A stretch of DNA of 64,000 bases from Armatimonadota bacterium (GTDB lineage: Bacteria; Armatimonadota; Zipacnadia; Zipacnadales; UBA11051). The notes beneath the pieces are model-generated. The model ran no database searches, was not told the origin of the DNA, and saw nothing but the letters and a program-made list of their open reading frames with translations. The DNA lies in assembly GCA_013178155.1 (NCBI GenBank), contig JABLXH010000018.1, forward strand, positions 2,702-66,701, given 5' to 3'. Made by a program: the position numbers and the translations under genes. Of the stretch, positions 36,363 through 46,465 are shown one piece after another (position 1 is the first letter of the stretch; each line of letters starts with the position of its first letter).

Positions 36363-36875
36363 TCACGTCTCGCCCCGAGCCAAGAGCTCCTTCAAAGTCT
36401 TGATGAGTTCATCCACAAATCGCGCGGTCTTTGCCAGGTGCTTGGCCCTCAGTCGCTCCGCTCGCGCAACCTCCGCCGGCAAAGTGGCCTTCCCGGTCAG
36501 CAGAACCACTGGCAGGTCCGCCCACAGTGGATTGCTGCGGATGCTCTCCAGCACCTGCCAGCCGTCGACCCCGCCCTCCATCACAATGTCCAGCACCACG
36601 CAGTCGGGTCGCTTCCCTTCCGCCGTGTACTGACAGAGCGTTTCCAGCGCCTCCTGCCCGTTGGCCGTCTCCGCACACGAGATGCCCTCATCCATCAGCG
36701 CGTAGGCGACAACACGGCGCAACTCCAGGTCATCCTCGACGATAAGCACCCTCGGCGCTGCCGCAACCTCGTTTCCCTGCAGAGTCCAGCCTTTGCTGCT
36801 GGCCGCCAGTGCCCTGTGTCGCCACCGAAGCGACCTGGCTTGCCCGGCATCAGGGCCAAGCGGTACACAGGCCAT
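36363..36875 (-). CDS. single-domain response regulator (CheY-like REC)
   Basis: 'RVLIVEDDLELRRVV...CVVLDIVMEGGVDGWQVL...PVVLLTGK'. The start is uncertain: ATG at 36875 or GTG at 36941. It lies immediately downstream of the phage-like lysis gene on the same strand. Confidence 0.72.
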   Translation of the reverse strand: MACVPLGPDAGQARSLRWRHRALAASSKGWTLQGNEVAAAPRVLIVEDDLELRRVVAYALMDEGISCAETANGQEALETLCQYTAEGKRPDCVVLDIVMEGGVDGWQVLESIRSNPLWADLPVVLLTGKATLPAEVARAERLRAKHLAKTARFVDELIKTLKELLARGET

Positions 36876-36963
36876 TTCACCGCCCGATGACGTCAGACCT
36901 CTCTTCGGCCAAACGTATACCGCCCCGGGGTGTGGACGCACCGGGGCGGCTTACGTTGCCAGT

Positions 36964-37251
36964 TCAGCTCCCGTGAAGCCTGTAGACAGCCGCCTCAAGC
37001 TCCTCGCGGCTCACCTGATGCAGCCCCTTCTGTTTCAGCCTTTCCCTCACGAACCGGCGCTTCGCCTCACCTTTGCCTGGGCCGTACAACTGCTCTGCCG
37101 CCTCAACCAGCGTCATCAGTAGCGCTCGCATCCGCTCATCCCTCAGCCGTGCGACCCACTCACGCACCATCCCCGTCAGCGCCAGCGCCAACACTCCCAC
37201 CAGTCCCGGCACCACAGCATCTCCTATCCAACCTGCAACCAACTCCCGCAT
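36964..37251 (-). CDS. putative phage holin (LL-H/phi-LC3-like, Phage_holin_6 family)
   Basis: One N-terminal TM segment 'WIGDAVVPGLVGVLALALTGMV', then 'LVEAAEQLYGPGKGEAKRRFV...LKQKGL...EELEAAVYRL', resembling LL-H family holins. It is the last gene of the phage block. Confidence 0.45.
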   Translation of the reverse strand: MRELVAGWIGDAVVPGLVGVLALALTGMVREWVARLRDERMRALLMTLVEAAEQLYGPGKGEAKRRFVRERLKQKGLHQVSREELEAAVYRLHGS

Positions 37252-37335
37252 CCTGGTCCGTCCTCCCTCGCCAGACTTGCTACTGCCATGCCCTGCACCA
37301 ACCGCTGGCCTCACGATGGCCCGGGCTTCGGCGCC

Positions 37336-38037
37336 TCAAGCCACAAACCCGCTGCGCGTCCACGAATACTCGAAGTCTTGCGCGGTCTGCGCCTGGTTAG
37401 TCGCCACCACCACGAAGCCATCGGCGCGGTATGTCTCCCACACCTCAACAACGAAGTCCGGAGCCGCTACCTCCACCTCGATCGCCCCCGGCACCACGAA
37501 GACCGTGTCATGGCTGATTGGCACCGTCACCGATCCCCCTGGAGGCACCGCCTCACTCAGGCCACTGCCCGAGGCCCTGCCGATGTGCAGCCGCCGACAG
37601 TCCCGGTCCACTCCCCCGGCCCAATCATCCACTGCCGTGACCGCGCCACTTCCGTCCAGCGTCATCGTGCCCAGTAAGAGCGACCCCGCTGGCCTTGTCG
37701 GACTCAGCGCGGCGAAGAAGCGCACCGTCCCTTTCGGCGCCGAATCGCTGTCCGTCCCCGCAAACACATAGTTCACTGCTCCCGGTGTCAAGTTCGCCAC
37801 GCTCTGTGCTCCCGTCGTGGCACACCAGCACGCCCCCACCAGGCCTTCCCCTGCCGTCACCGTACCGTCCAGCGCCAGAGACCAGCCTTCGTATACGCCG
37901 GCGGCCATCATCCGCTTGAGGAACCAGCCCAGCACCCGATCTACCGTGTCTGCCACACGATTGTGGTGCTGTGGCTCGATGAGATCATCGGCCAGTACAC
38001 CGGTCGCCAGGCCGTAGTTCGCCGAAACGCCTGCCAT
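37336..38037 (-). CDS. phage tail-associated hypothetical protein (233 aa)
   Basis: Position within the block. No recognisable motif. Confidence 0.5.
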   Translation of the reverse strand: MAGVSANYGLATGVLADDLIEPQHHNRVADTVDRVLGWFLKRMMAAGVYEGWSLALDGTVTAGEGLVGACWCATTGAQSVANLTPGAVNYVFAGTDSDSAPKGTVRFFAALSPTRPAGSLLLGTMTLDGSGAVTAVDDWAGGVDRDCRRLHIGRASGSGLSEAVPPGGSVTVPISHDTVFVVPGAIEVEVAAPDFVVEVWETYRADGFVVVATNQAQTAQDFEYSWTRSGFVA

Positions 38038-38082
38038 CCGCTCTACAGCTCCCTTCCTTGCCGCCTCTCTGCGGCCCCTCGC

Positions 38083-38295
38083 TCACCACCCCGCCGCCAC
38101 GTAACTCACCTTTCCGTAACGGCCCCGGCTGTAACGTCCTCCCTCCAGACCGCCCGGCCGCCCACTAAGAAACACATAGCGGTTTCCCACGTCCAGGGTG
38201 CGATCCGGCAGCCGTCCCGCGACCGTCGCCCCGCCGCGCTGCGCGGGTCGCACCCGCTGGTCCACCACTTCCTTTACCAGAGCCGCCAATCTCAT
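38083..38295 (-). CDS. small hypothetical protein (70 aa) in phage block
   Basis: Only a short ORF between tail genes supports it. Confidence 0.3.
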   Translation of the reverse strand: MRLAALVKEVVDQRVRPAQRGGATVAGRLPDRTLDVGNRYVFLSGRPGGLEGGRYSRGRYGKVSYVAAGW

Positions 38296-38307
38296 CTCCG
38301 AACCTCC

Positions 38308-40605
38308 TCACTCGCCACTTCCCAGCCACCAGGCCTCCAGGACCGTCACCGCCAACCGCTCGGGGTCCCGCACCACCTGATGTCGCACCCCCGAAATCCG
38401 GTAAAGCTGCCTGGTCACCCCCACCGTCTCACCCCCATTGACACGGATCACCTGTCCCGGCTCCGCCTCAGGCAACAGCGGGGTAACCACGACCACATGC
38501 TCCGGGCGCGGTGACAGCTGTGCCAGCCGCTCGGCGGCCAGGCGGTTTACCGTGTCCTGCCCCACCATTCCCGGCAACGTCCATACATCCATTTTCCTCC
38601 AGCCCACGAACCTCTCGCAGCTCGGATCGCTCACTGACGCTGCATCGTACAACACGGCCCGCACCGGAGCCCCATCGGTGCCCAGACCGCACACCACCAC
38701 CCAGTTGGCGTAATCCTCGCGACCCAGGCTGCGGCGCTCCCTCCGCAGCTCCAGCACCTCCCCGGGCTCCGCCGGATCGGGTGCCACCGCATCCCGCGTG
38801 TAAAGCTCCCATGTCACCTCCGCCGGACACGCGCTCCCCAGGCCACCCGAGTGCCTTGCTACATCCTGCGCCGTCCGCATCTGCCGGCAGTACCGACAGC
38901 CCTTCCGGAAGACGCCGTCTACCCCGAACCAGAACGCCGCGTTGTAGTCAAACCGGGCCACCTCCTGCAGAAACTCCGACCAGGTGCGCCCGGCCTCCAC
39001 TTGCCAAAGAGGCTTCGCCGCCGAACCCGTCGTCAGTGCGACACCCGTATCCTCCAGCGACTGCTGGGCTGCCGCGATCCCACACCGTCCCAGCACCCAC
39101 CTGAAGACCTCCACCACCGGCCAGCCGTCGAAGACGGGCGTACGCCCTTCCGCCTTCTCATCACGCAGGCGGAGCATTCCATCGAGCACACCAATCTCGG
39201 TCTCCGCCGCCCCGCCCGACAGAAGTGCCGCCGGCGGCTCCACTACGTACCCATCACAGACCTGGCGCAGTTCCTGGTGACCTTCGTCGTCTTCCCAGCC
39301 CAGGGCTATCGTCAGCCGACGATGCTCGGACAGCTCCTTGTAGCCTCCCAGTTGCCCATCTACCCGCACCTCATAGTATGCGGTCAGCAGGTCATCTGTC
39401 CGCTCGCCCAACACCGCGATGACATCACCGCTGATGTCCGCAAACTCCAGCCCCTCATCAACCTCAACCTGCGCTTCCTGCCAAATGTGCGTCGCCAGCC
39501 ATTCCGGGGACACCCACGTGCTGAACTCCACGGCTTCCCCTGTGTCAGGGTCAGTGCCGACCTCACCCTCATAGTGCAGATGGGGCATCATCCGCACCCG
39601 CCAACTCCGCTGCGTAACCCCCAGACCCTCGCGCTCCGCCGTATCATCCGTTACCTCAACCCCAGCCAACACCTGCCCGGCATCATCAATGACCGGAATG
39701 CTTCGCCCCTCCACCCGCACCACCCCGGTGCTCTCACGGGTAGGGTACCCGGTCTCGATGGGACCACTGTGCACGGTTGCCAGAACCATCTTTACCGGGA
39801 AGAAGGAGAAGCTCCACTGGCCAGCGTTGTGCCACAGGCTCACCTTGCCCTGCCGAACAGCCGCCGGACCGTCGGCGAGTGTGCACACCATCACGTCATT
39901 AGCAAACCCGTCCGTGGACAGCACGACCTTGCCCTCCAGCACACCAATCCACAGGAAGCTGCGCTGCCCCTTGGGCAGACCCTCCAGCGACGGCAGGCGC
40001 AAGGCTCGCTCGCTGTGCGGCACGCGCTCCCATTGGCCACCAAGACGCCGAACCAGGTACATCGGTGACCCGTAGGGAATCACCACAGCCCATTCCTCCT
40101 GCTCCCCGACCCCAAAGTGCACCTCGGTATAGGGCGGCTGGCCCCAGTCATGGCCGGACCCCGGTTCCGCGCGCCACAGCGCCAGGGCAAACATGGGGTT
40201 GCGCGGTAGCGTGAAGCGACTCTCCACGCCGGTCACGATGTTCGGTGTGCCGTCCTCCTGGTAAAGGCGCACCTCCTCATTCAGCCCCAACCCCCGAAGC
40301 GCCCGCCACCGCCCGGCAACCGGTGCGAAATGGCCCAATCCGATGGCCTGAGTAGTGTCCAGGAACGGCCGACACAACACAGTATCAAGCCCCTCGGCCG
40401 CCACATGCATCGCCGCCGGATAGACGGCCCGGTACCCTTGCCCATCCCAAAGGCCCAGTGCCTCTACCGGACTCACCTGCACCTGGTTCCGCCTCATCAG
40501 GTCACCGGCCAGATCGTAGCGCCCAAAGCCATCGTACTTGGCCCGCGACCTCACTCCCGGCTCATACAGCCTGACCCGTGCTATTGGACAACCTCGCCTC
40601 GCCAT
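38308..40605 (-). CDS. large phage distal tail / host-specificity-like protein (765 aa)
   Basis: Size and position after the 1070-aa tail protein. The call is inferred by analogy with the large distal genes of GTA and siphophage tails. Confidence 0.55.
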   Translation of the reverse strand: MARRGCPIARVRLYEPGVRSRAKYDGFGRYDLAGDLMRRNQVQVSPVEALGLWDGQGYRAVYPAAMHVAAEGLDTVLCRPFLDTTQAIGLGHFAPVAGRWRALRGLGLNEEVRLYQEDGTPNIVTGVESRFTLPRNPMFALALWRAEPGSGHDWGQPPYTEVHFGVGEQEEWAVVIPYGSPMYLVRRLGGQWERVPHSERALRLPSLEGLPKGQRSFLWIGVLEGKVVLSTDGFANDVMVCTLADGPAAVRQGKVSLWHNAGQWSFSFFPVKMVLATVHSGPIETGYPTRESTGVVRVEGRSIPVIDDAGQVLAGVEVTDDTAEREGLGVTQRSWRVRMMPHLHYEGEVGTDPDTGEAVEFSTWVSPEWLATHIWQEAQVEVDEGLEFADISGDVIAVLGERTDDLLTAYYEVRVDGQLGGYKELSEHRRLTIALGWEDDEGHQELRQVCDGYVVEPPAALLSGGAAETEIGVLDGMLRLRDEKAEGRTPVFDGWPVVEVFRWVLGRCGIAAAQQSLEDTGVALTTGSAAKPLWQVEAGRTWSEFLQEVARFDYNAAFWFGVDGVFRKGCRYCRQMRTAQDVARHSGGLGSACPAEVTWELYTRDAVAPDPAEPGEVLELRRERRSLGREDYANWVVVCGLGTDGAPVRAVLYDAASVSDPSCERFVGWRKMDVWTLPGMVGQDTVNRLAAERLAQLSPRPEHVVVVTPLLPEAEPGQVIRVNGGETVGVTRQLYRISGVRHQVVRDPERLAVTVLEAWWLGSGE

Positions 40606-40629
40606 GCCATCGCTCCCGTGCGCCCCGGT

Positions 40630-43600
40630 CTAGCTCCCGACCACCAACCACCGCCCACCATCATCCACACTGTGAGCTCTTGCCACTGCTCCCGCATGTT
40701 CCCACAGCAAGACCAACCTCCCCGTCCCATCCTTCTCCACCGTCGGGTTCGTGTTGTCGCCGTCGCTGGTCACCGCTCGCCCTGTCTCCCACTGACCGGG
40801 TAGTCCCCCCCGCCGCGTCATCCACACCTCACCCTCCTGACCCCAGAACAGAAAGAGCTGTCCCACCGCGTCGTCCAGGAGGTGCGGCCCGCCCCAGAGG
40901 CCACCGATCTGCCAGGCCACATGCGTGGGCGCCCGCTCCGTCACCGAGACCCCTGCCCCTGGCGCCAACAGCGGCCCATCGTTGACCAACGCGAATCGGC
41001 ACTGCCCACTCGGCGGCGCCTCCACGATCCGCACGTCTGTCACCGCGTCGTAGAGCCCTGCTCCCTCGTATGGGGCGCCCACCAACTCCGCCCGCGACTT
41101 GCTCACTGGCGTGACCGGAATGACCTGCCCTACGGGATCCTCCTCGTTCGGCCCTCGCGTGCCCGCAGGGATCACCACCCGCCGCGTCTCCACCATGCCG
41201 TCTGACCGACGGCAGTCCACCTCCACCACCGCCTGCTCCTCTTGCACGTACCCCCACGGAAAGCACAGCTTCACCTGTGACAGACCCAGCTCCCGTCCAA
41301 CCTCGGGCAGCTCACCGAAGTACTCCAGGTCATGCCCGGCGATGAAGGGCGGGTTGTGCGCCAGGTCAAAGCGTCCAAACCCCTTCCCGTCGTCCACCTC
41401 ATCCACATGGCGCGCAAACCATCGCGGCGCGTTCGTCGCCTGCCCCAGCCCGCCCTGAACCAGATAGTCGTCCGTCTCGTTGTAGAGATCAGGCCGCCAG
41501 TGCCGTCGCACTCGGCTCGCCGCCACTCCACCGCCTCGCCGCACACGCAGGAAGCCTAGGGCATAGGCAGCCTCTCCCGCCAACAGTCCCGGCGTCAGGA
41601 AATGCGTGCGCCCATCCATCGCCTCCGCAGCCCCGAAGCAGTCGGCACATTGTATGCAATACCCGCGTCGGTACCCCGGTACGTCCGGATCCCGCCACGT
41701 CGGGCCGCCGCAGTAGGGACAGAGCAGGTCCGTCCAGCAGCTTGCCTCCGCTCCGCCCTCAAACGCCCGCTCCGCGCGAACCTGTGTGTACCACTCGTGC
41801 TCCCCGAACTCCAGCCCCAGCCGCAGGGCCTCCGGGAGTTCAACCCCGATGGGCGCCGAGTGTCCAGCCACCACGCCTCCCTTGACCTTCCCGCCGATCA
41901 GGAACTTCGCTTCAGGATAGTAGCCAGAGGCCCGGAACTGACCTGCCAGGTCCTCATACTCGCAAAACGACTGCGACCGTAACCCGAAGCTGCTCTGCAG
42001 CACACCGCTCTCCGACCAGAGGCTGTACTCCCGCAACTGCGGACCGGATAGGAGCAACTCCCAGGGATCAGCCACATAGCGAAACTTGGGCAACGCCTCG
42101 ACCGTCACCCAGCCCCCATAAGCAGCCTCTTCGGTCTCATAGCGCTGCTGTGTCTGCGTGTCCTCAACCCAGATCCCGTCTTGCAGGTACTGGAAGTTCG
42201 CGTGTCCCCGGTCACCCTTGCGCCACAGCTCGGGCTTGTAGATCTCCTGCCACCCGGCGTAGGCCCTGGCGCCCAGGACCACGTCCGAATACGGGTATCC
42301 CAGCACGGGCACGCTCCCCCAGACCGCATCATGCACCCACGGGTCTCCGCTCAGGCCGTCCTGCGGAATCTCCACCTCCCAGTACCCGCTCTCATCGGTC
42401 TCGGCGATCGGCTCTCCAAACTCTCCTGTCTCGTAGTTGAGCGGCAGGATGGACACCCCAACCGCCGGTCGCCCCATCCGCTCGTAGACCCGGCCCGCGA
42501 TGACGCCAGCCTCCGGGTCGTAGAAGCGCATGGCTCCCATGTCCACCGTCGCCGTCTCGCCCTCGCGCACCACCACACTCTTTCGCGCGCACCCGTACCT
42601 GCTGTCCCATTCCCCCCACGCATCGCGCCGAAACTGAACCACCGTGTGTTCGCCGCTCGGTAAGCCGGTCACCGTCACCATGCCATCCGTCGGGACCAGG
42701 TACGCATCTCCCGCCTCGTCATGAACCCCTACCCTCACCCACGCCCCTGGTTCCCCGGTTATCTGCAGCCGCCCGCTCAGGAGGTCTATGACCGCCTCCT
42801 CACCCTCACGCAACTCCGCTCTCCGTCCCCGATAGACCATCCACAGCTTGTCCACGTGTCGGTCAGACCGCTGCCCCGCCGTCTCCGCACTCTCATCGCG
42901 CCGGTCTCCGGCTCGCTGGTAGATCGCCCCGTGGCCCTTTGGACACACGAAGCTCCAGCGCCCATCCGCGTCCGTCCGGATGGGCGCCACCACACTTGGG
43001 CCCTCAACCCACGTCTCCAACTCCGGCGACCAGATGAGTTCGTTGTACTCCTGGCTGTCCCAGAAGCGACTCTCCACGCCCTGGTGGTCAACGGTAATGC
43101 CCTCCAGGCTGACGTTGGCCCCCTCCACGGGCGCCCCATTGTGCAGCACCCGCCCCCGCACCCGGTAGCCCATCACAAAGGTCTCGTCCAGCGGCGGCGC
43201 ACAGAACTCCTCAGGCTGTAGCCGTCGCCCCCAGTAAGGGTCATCTACCATGACCACGTACTTCCCTGTCAGGGCCCCCACCGGAGTCCGGAAGTCCATG
43301 GCCTCCAGGGCGATCTGCTCCACCAGGTACACGTCAGCACCGTCCAGGACCGTGTCCGGCTCTAGGGCCTTGTACACGCGGCCCGTCACGACCCCTCCTG
43401 CGGCCTCAAAGCTGACCAGGCCCCCACTCGTCCGTTTCCGGGCCACGGTCACTCCCCATTGACCACCCAGTTGCACCAACTCGGGCCGCCACTCTTCAGA
43501 CGCCGCCCCATCCAGCAGTGTCGCGCACTCCGCCAGCTCCTCGACCTCGCTCCAGTCCCGCCTGGGCGTTGCCCTCGAAAGCCCAACTAGCTGCTCCAGA

Positions 43601-43842
43601 CACCCCGCCACCTCGGCCGCAATCCCGCGCTCCAGCGCCGTGCGGTCTGCACCATCGTAGTCCAGCCCACTGGTCCCGTCGGAGCGCCAGGCCTGCTCAA
43701 CCAGCGCCAGTGCAAGGTACGTGAGGCCAGCCTTCAAAGCGCCCACTCCAACCGGGTTGTCCTCAGCCTCCGCCTCCCGGGCCCGGACCACACCGACCAG
43801 CCCCGCTATCCTCTCGCCCAGACCCGGCTGCACCAGACCCAT
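40630..43842 (-). CDS. giant phage tail protein (1070 aa) with carboxypeptidase-regulatory-like beta domains, a CxxC..CxxC zinc-ribbon and C-terminal BNR-like repeats
   Basis: 'DADGRWSF', 'DESGYWEVEIP' (CarbopepD_reg/Cna-B-like). 'CPYCGGPTW...CIQCADC'. C-terminal 'TSDGDNT', 'DDGGRW'. Confidence 0.6.
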   Translation of the reverse strand: MGLVQPGLGERIAGLVGVVRAREAEAEDNPVGVGALKAGLTYLALALVEQAWRSDGTSGLDYDGADRTALERGIAAEVAGCLEQLVGLSRATPRRDWSEVEELAECATLLDGAASEEWRPELVQLGGQWGVTVARKRTSGGLVSFEAAGGVVTGRVYKALEPDTVLDGADVYLVEQIALEAMDFRTPVGALTGKYVVMVDDPYWGRRLQPEEFCAPPLDETFVMGYRVRGRVLHNGAPVEGANVSLEGITVDHQGVESRFWDSQEYNELIWSPELETWVEGPSVVAPIRTDADGRWSFVCPKGHGAIYQRAGDRRDESAETAGQRSDRHVDKLWMVYRGRRAELREGEEAVIDLLSGRLQITGEPGAWVRVGVHDEAGDAYLVPTDGMVTVTGLPSGEHTVVQFRRDAWGEWDSRYGCARKSVVVREGETATVDMGAMRFYDPEAGVIAGRVYERMGRPAVGVSILPLNYETGEFGEPIAETDESGYWEVEIPQDGLSGDPWVHDAVWGSVPVLGYPYSDVVLGARAYAGWQEIYKPELWRKGDRGHANFQYLQDGIWVEDTQTQQRYETEEAAYGGWVTVEALPKFRYVADPWELLLSGPQLREYSLWSESGVLQSSFGLRSQSFCEYEDLAGQFRASGYYPEAKFLIGGKVKGGVVAGHSAPIGVELPEALRLGLEFGEHEWYTQVRAERAFEGGAEASCWTDLLCPYCGGPTWRDPDVPGYRRGYCIQCADCFGAAEAMDGRTHFLTPGLLAGEAAYALGFLRVRRGGGVAASRVRRHWRPDLYNETDDYLVQGGLGQATNAPRWFARHVDEVDDGKGFGRFDLAHNPPFIAGHDLEYFGELPEVGRELGLSQVKLCFPWGYVQEEQAVVEVDCRRSDGMVETRRVVIPAGTRGPNEEDPVGQVIPVTPVSKSRAELVGAPYEGAGLYDAVTDVRIVEAPPSGQCRFALVNDGPLLAPGAGVSVTERAPTHVAWQIGGLWGGPHLLDDAVGQLFLFWGQEGEVWMTRRGGLPGQWETGRAVTSDGDNTNPTVEKDGTGRLVLLWEHAGAVARAHSVDDGGRWLVVGS

Positions 43843-43930
43843 ATGCCCACCTCTTATCCCGCCAGGGCCCTTCCCTCGACCGCCCGGGCCCCCGCAACAA
43901 TCACCGGAACCAGCTTCGGGCAGGGCGCTG

Positions 43931-44641
43931 CTACCAGCGAGCCATGTCTAACCTCAGCCGCTCCTCCGCCGCTGCCACCATCGCCGCCGCCCGTTCCTTC
44001 GCCCGTCGCCACTCCCGACGTCGGTCCCGGGCCAACCCGTGACCCGTTTCGTGCGTCTCGCCCAGCCGGGACTGACCGCGCTTCCCCTCCCGCTCACCGG
44101 CACCCGGCGTCGCTGGCCGGCGCCGCACTATCGGCCCCAGCACCTCACGCACCGTGCCGACGGCCATGGCCGCCTTCATCTCAAACTCGGCCGTCCGGAG
44201 ACCCCGCCCCCCACCAGGACCATTGGCATTCAGCTCCAGTCGCACTGGCTGCCGGCCGCTGACGGCCCGAGCAGACATCGAACCTGGCCTTGCGGGCGCC
44301 ATACGCCTTGCCCCCGTCCCGTCGGCCGCTGGCTCCCGTGCGCTGTCGCGCCATCGTCCTGCCACGGTGCCCTCCTGACCCCTCACGGCCTCCTGGGTTG
44401 CCCGACCCCTGAGGTCCTCCTCCGCGACCTGCATCCCCCGCTGCAGCCTCCCCTCTCGCTCCTCGGTCAGCGCGTACTTCCCAACGTGATGGGCCGCATC
44501 GGCCGTCACTTCGACTTCGGGCAACCCCCGGGCTACCACCGACTGGGCCGACCGGGCTATGCGCGGCCCCTCTGTCTGCGCCAACATCACTGGCACCGGC
44601 GCCCTCTTGAGCCTCCGTCTCCCCTTGCTCTCACCAACCAT
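43931..44641 (-). CDS. phage hypothetical protein (236 aa), Arg/Ala-rich; possible short tape-measure or tail-assembly protein
   Basis: Position between the tail chaperone-like small genes and the giant tail protein. A function guess is inference only. Confidence 0.45.
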   Translation of the reverse strand: MVGESKGRRRLKRAPVPVMLAQTEGPRIARSAQSVVARGLPEVEVTADAAHHVGKYALTEEREGRLQRGMQVAEEDLRGRATQEAVRGQEGTVAGRWRDSAREPAADGTGARRMAPARPGSMSARAVSGRQPVRLELNANGPGGGRGLRTAEFEMKAAMAVGTVREVLGPIVRRRPATPGAGEREGKRGQSRLGETHETGHGLARDRRREWRRAKERAAAMVAAAEERLRLDMARW

Positions 44642-44942
44642 CGTCCCGCGGACCTCCCGCTCGGTCCCAACCCCTCCAGTACGCCCGCTGCAACTCCGCC
44701 CGCCACGCCTCCACCAACAACTCAGGGGGCGCCGCAGGGCGCCCCCCTCTCCACACGTCCTCCAGAGCCCGCCAGGTTAGCAGCACCCACCCGGGCAAGG
44801 GTCGCGCCGTCCACCCCTCGCTGCCTGCGAGGGCCTCCAGCTCCCGCTGATCCGCGAAGTCAACCCCCTCCCGCCTCTGCGGGGCCGCACTTGCCGGAAG
44901 CCAAGCCGCCAGATCGGCCAGACCAACCGTCGCCGCAGTCAT
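44631..44942 (-). CDS. small phage hypothetical protein (103 aa)
   Basis: Short ORF co-oriented in the tail module. It overlaps the next gene by 11 nt. Confidence 0.35.
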   Translation of the reverse strand: MTAATVGLADLAAWLPASAAPQRREGVDFADQRELEALAGSEGWTARPLPGWVLLTWRALEDVWRGGRPAAPPELLVEAWRAELQRAYWRGWDRAGGPRDDGW

Positions 44943-44962
44943 CTGCAGCGCCCCCAGCCAAG

Positions 44963-45385
44963 TCAGTTTTTTTTGGCCAGCTCGATCTCCGCTCTCTGCT
45001 CAGGCAGACGGTGGTTAACCTCGGCGATGACCTCCTGCACCCAGTCGCTCAGCGGCGGCGTCAAGGCCATCAGCAGCCTTACCCTCTCCTCCGGGTCTTC
45101 CGGGCGCCCCTCCCACGCAACGCTCCCGTCCGACCCCGGGGCGGCCAGGTGGAAAGCCACGACGCTGTGCCGAAAGTCATACTCGGCCATCGCCCTCAGG
45201 TCATACCGCCTTCTCACCTGCACCGCTGCGTCGCCAACCCCTCCGCTTACCAGCAGGTACTCCTCATATAGGCCCAGGCTCTCCCGCTCCAGCGCCTCCG
45301 CTTCAGTCAGCGCCCGCACCTCTATCCAGCCCTCGCCCTCAGGCCTCTCGTACACCCGACTCGGCGGTTGCCACTCACCATTCAT
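44963..45385 (-). CDS. phage hypothetical protein (140 aa), tail-assembly chaperone position
   Basis: Acidic 140-aa ORF immediately after the putative major tail gene. Confidence 0.5.
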   Translation of the reverse strand: MNGEWQPPSRVYERPEGEGWIEVRALTEAEALERESLGLYEEYLLVSGGVGDAAVQVRRRYDLRAMAEYDFRHSVVAFHLAAPGSDGSVAWEGRPEDPEERVRLLMALTPPLSDWVQEVIAEVNHRLPEQRAEIELAKKN

Positions 45386-45394
45386 CGCTCGCTC

Positions 45395-46312
45395 CTAAGC
45401 CAGCACCACCGGCGGCGTCAGACCATCGAGGCTTCCCAGCCCCACGAACTGCACCGTCTCCACGATCCGCTGCTCGTGCGACCCTGGCAGGCCCAGATCA
45501 CTCTCGGTGTACAAGACGCGGGGCAGGGCGATGCTCGCTACGTTCGCGCCCCGGACCAACTCAATCCTCAGCGCTGCCTCCTGCCCCGCCGCGAAGTCGC
45601 TGTAGACCCTCGTGTCCACAAAGTCGCGACTGATCAGCCCCCGGCAACGCAGCCCGCTGAGGTTGTAAAGCTGCTGGGGATGTTTGCCACCCGTCAGCCG
45701 CAGGCCCTCGGCAGGTTCCTCCAGCATGTTGTCTATCACCAGGCGAATCCGTTCGCAGGCCACATCCTCCAGTAGCTGACCGCCACCACTGGCCAGTGCC
45801 ACCTCGGCCTCCTGATACAGATAGGGCGCTGTCGTCGGCAGACTCGGGGACGGATGCGCACCCCTCTCCATCTTCAGCGCCGCCAACTCCAGAGTGCACG
45901 TCACCGGCTGGCCCTTCACGAAGTCCATGACCATCCGCCGCACCTTGGCATCGGTCAACTGCTTGACCTCGTTCACGCAGTCCACTACCACCGACGCCCA
46001 CTTGCCCTGACTGTCCGCATCTCGATCCTGGACCCAGGAAAACAACGCGGTCAGTGCCCCGGGCACCAGTGGCACCGTCACCTTGCCTTCGGCCCACTCA
46101 CCAGCGCTGTAGTACTTGCTCTCGTAGGCGTTGTGATCCGCCATGTCCAGCGTGACATAGCTCTTCTGCCACTTCAGTGTGTCACTCTGACCACCGGGAC
46201 CTGCCATCAGGGGCAGCCATACACTCGGCGCCACATACTCCCCCTTGCTGGCCTGCAACCCAAACCCAAAGGCGCCCTCCTGCGCCAACGCCACTCCCAT
46301 CCTGCGCACCAC
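45395..46312 (-). CDS. putative phage major tail protein (305 aa)
   Basis: Positional call, downstream of the connector/adaptor genes and flanked by intergenic repeat copies. Confidence 0.5.
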   Translation of the reverse strand: MVRRMGVALAQEGAFGFGLQASKGEYVAPSVWLPLMAGPGGQSDTLKWQKSYVTLDMADHNAYESKYYSAGEWAEGKVTVPLVPGALTALFSWVQDRDADSQGKWASVVVDCVNEVKQLTDAKVRRMVMDFVKGQPVTCTLELAALKMERGAHPSPSLPTTAPYLYQEAEVALASGGGQLLEDVACERIRLVIDNMLEEPAEGLRLTGGKHPQQLYNLSGLRCRGLISRDFVDTRVYSDFAAGQEAALRIELVRGANVASIALPRVLYTESDLGLPGSHEQRIVETVQFVGLGSLDGLTPPVVLA

Positions 46313-46465
46313 CTTCCTCAGTACCTAACCGTTCGTCCCGGCCCCATCCGCCGGGCGTGTTTCGCCTCCCTGGTACGCCCTGCGTTCCCGCCAGGCTCGC
46401 CGCCCTCCCTGTTCCCTGACCTTCACCTCGCAGAGCAGCCACCAGGCGGCGATGTCCGCGTTCGC

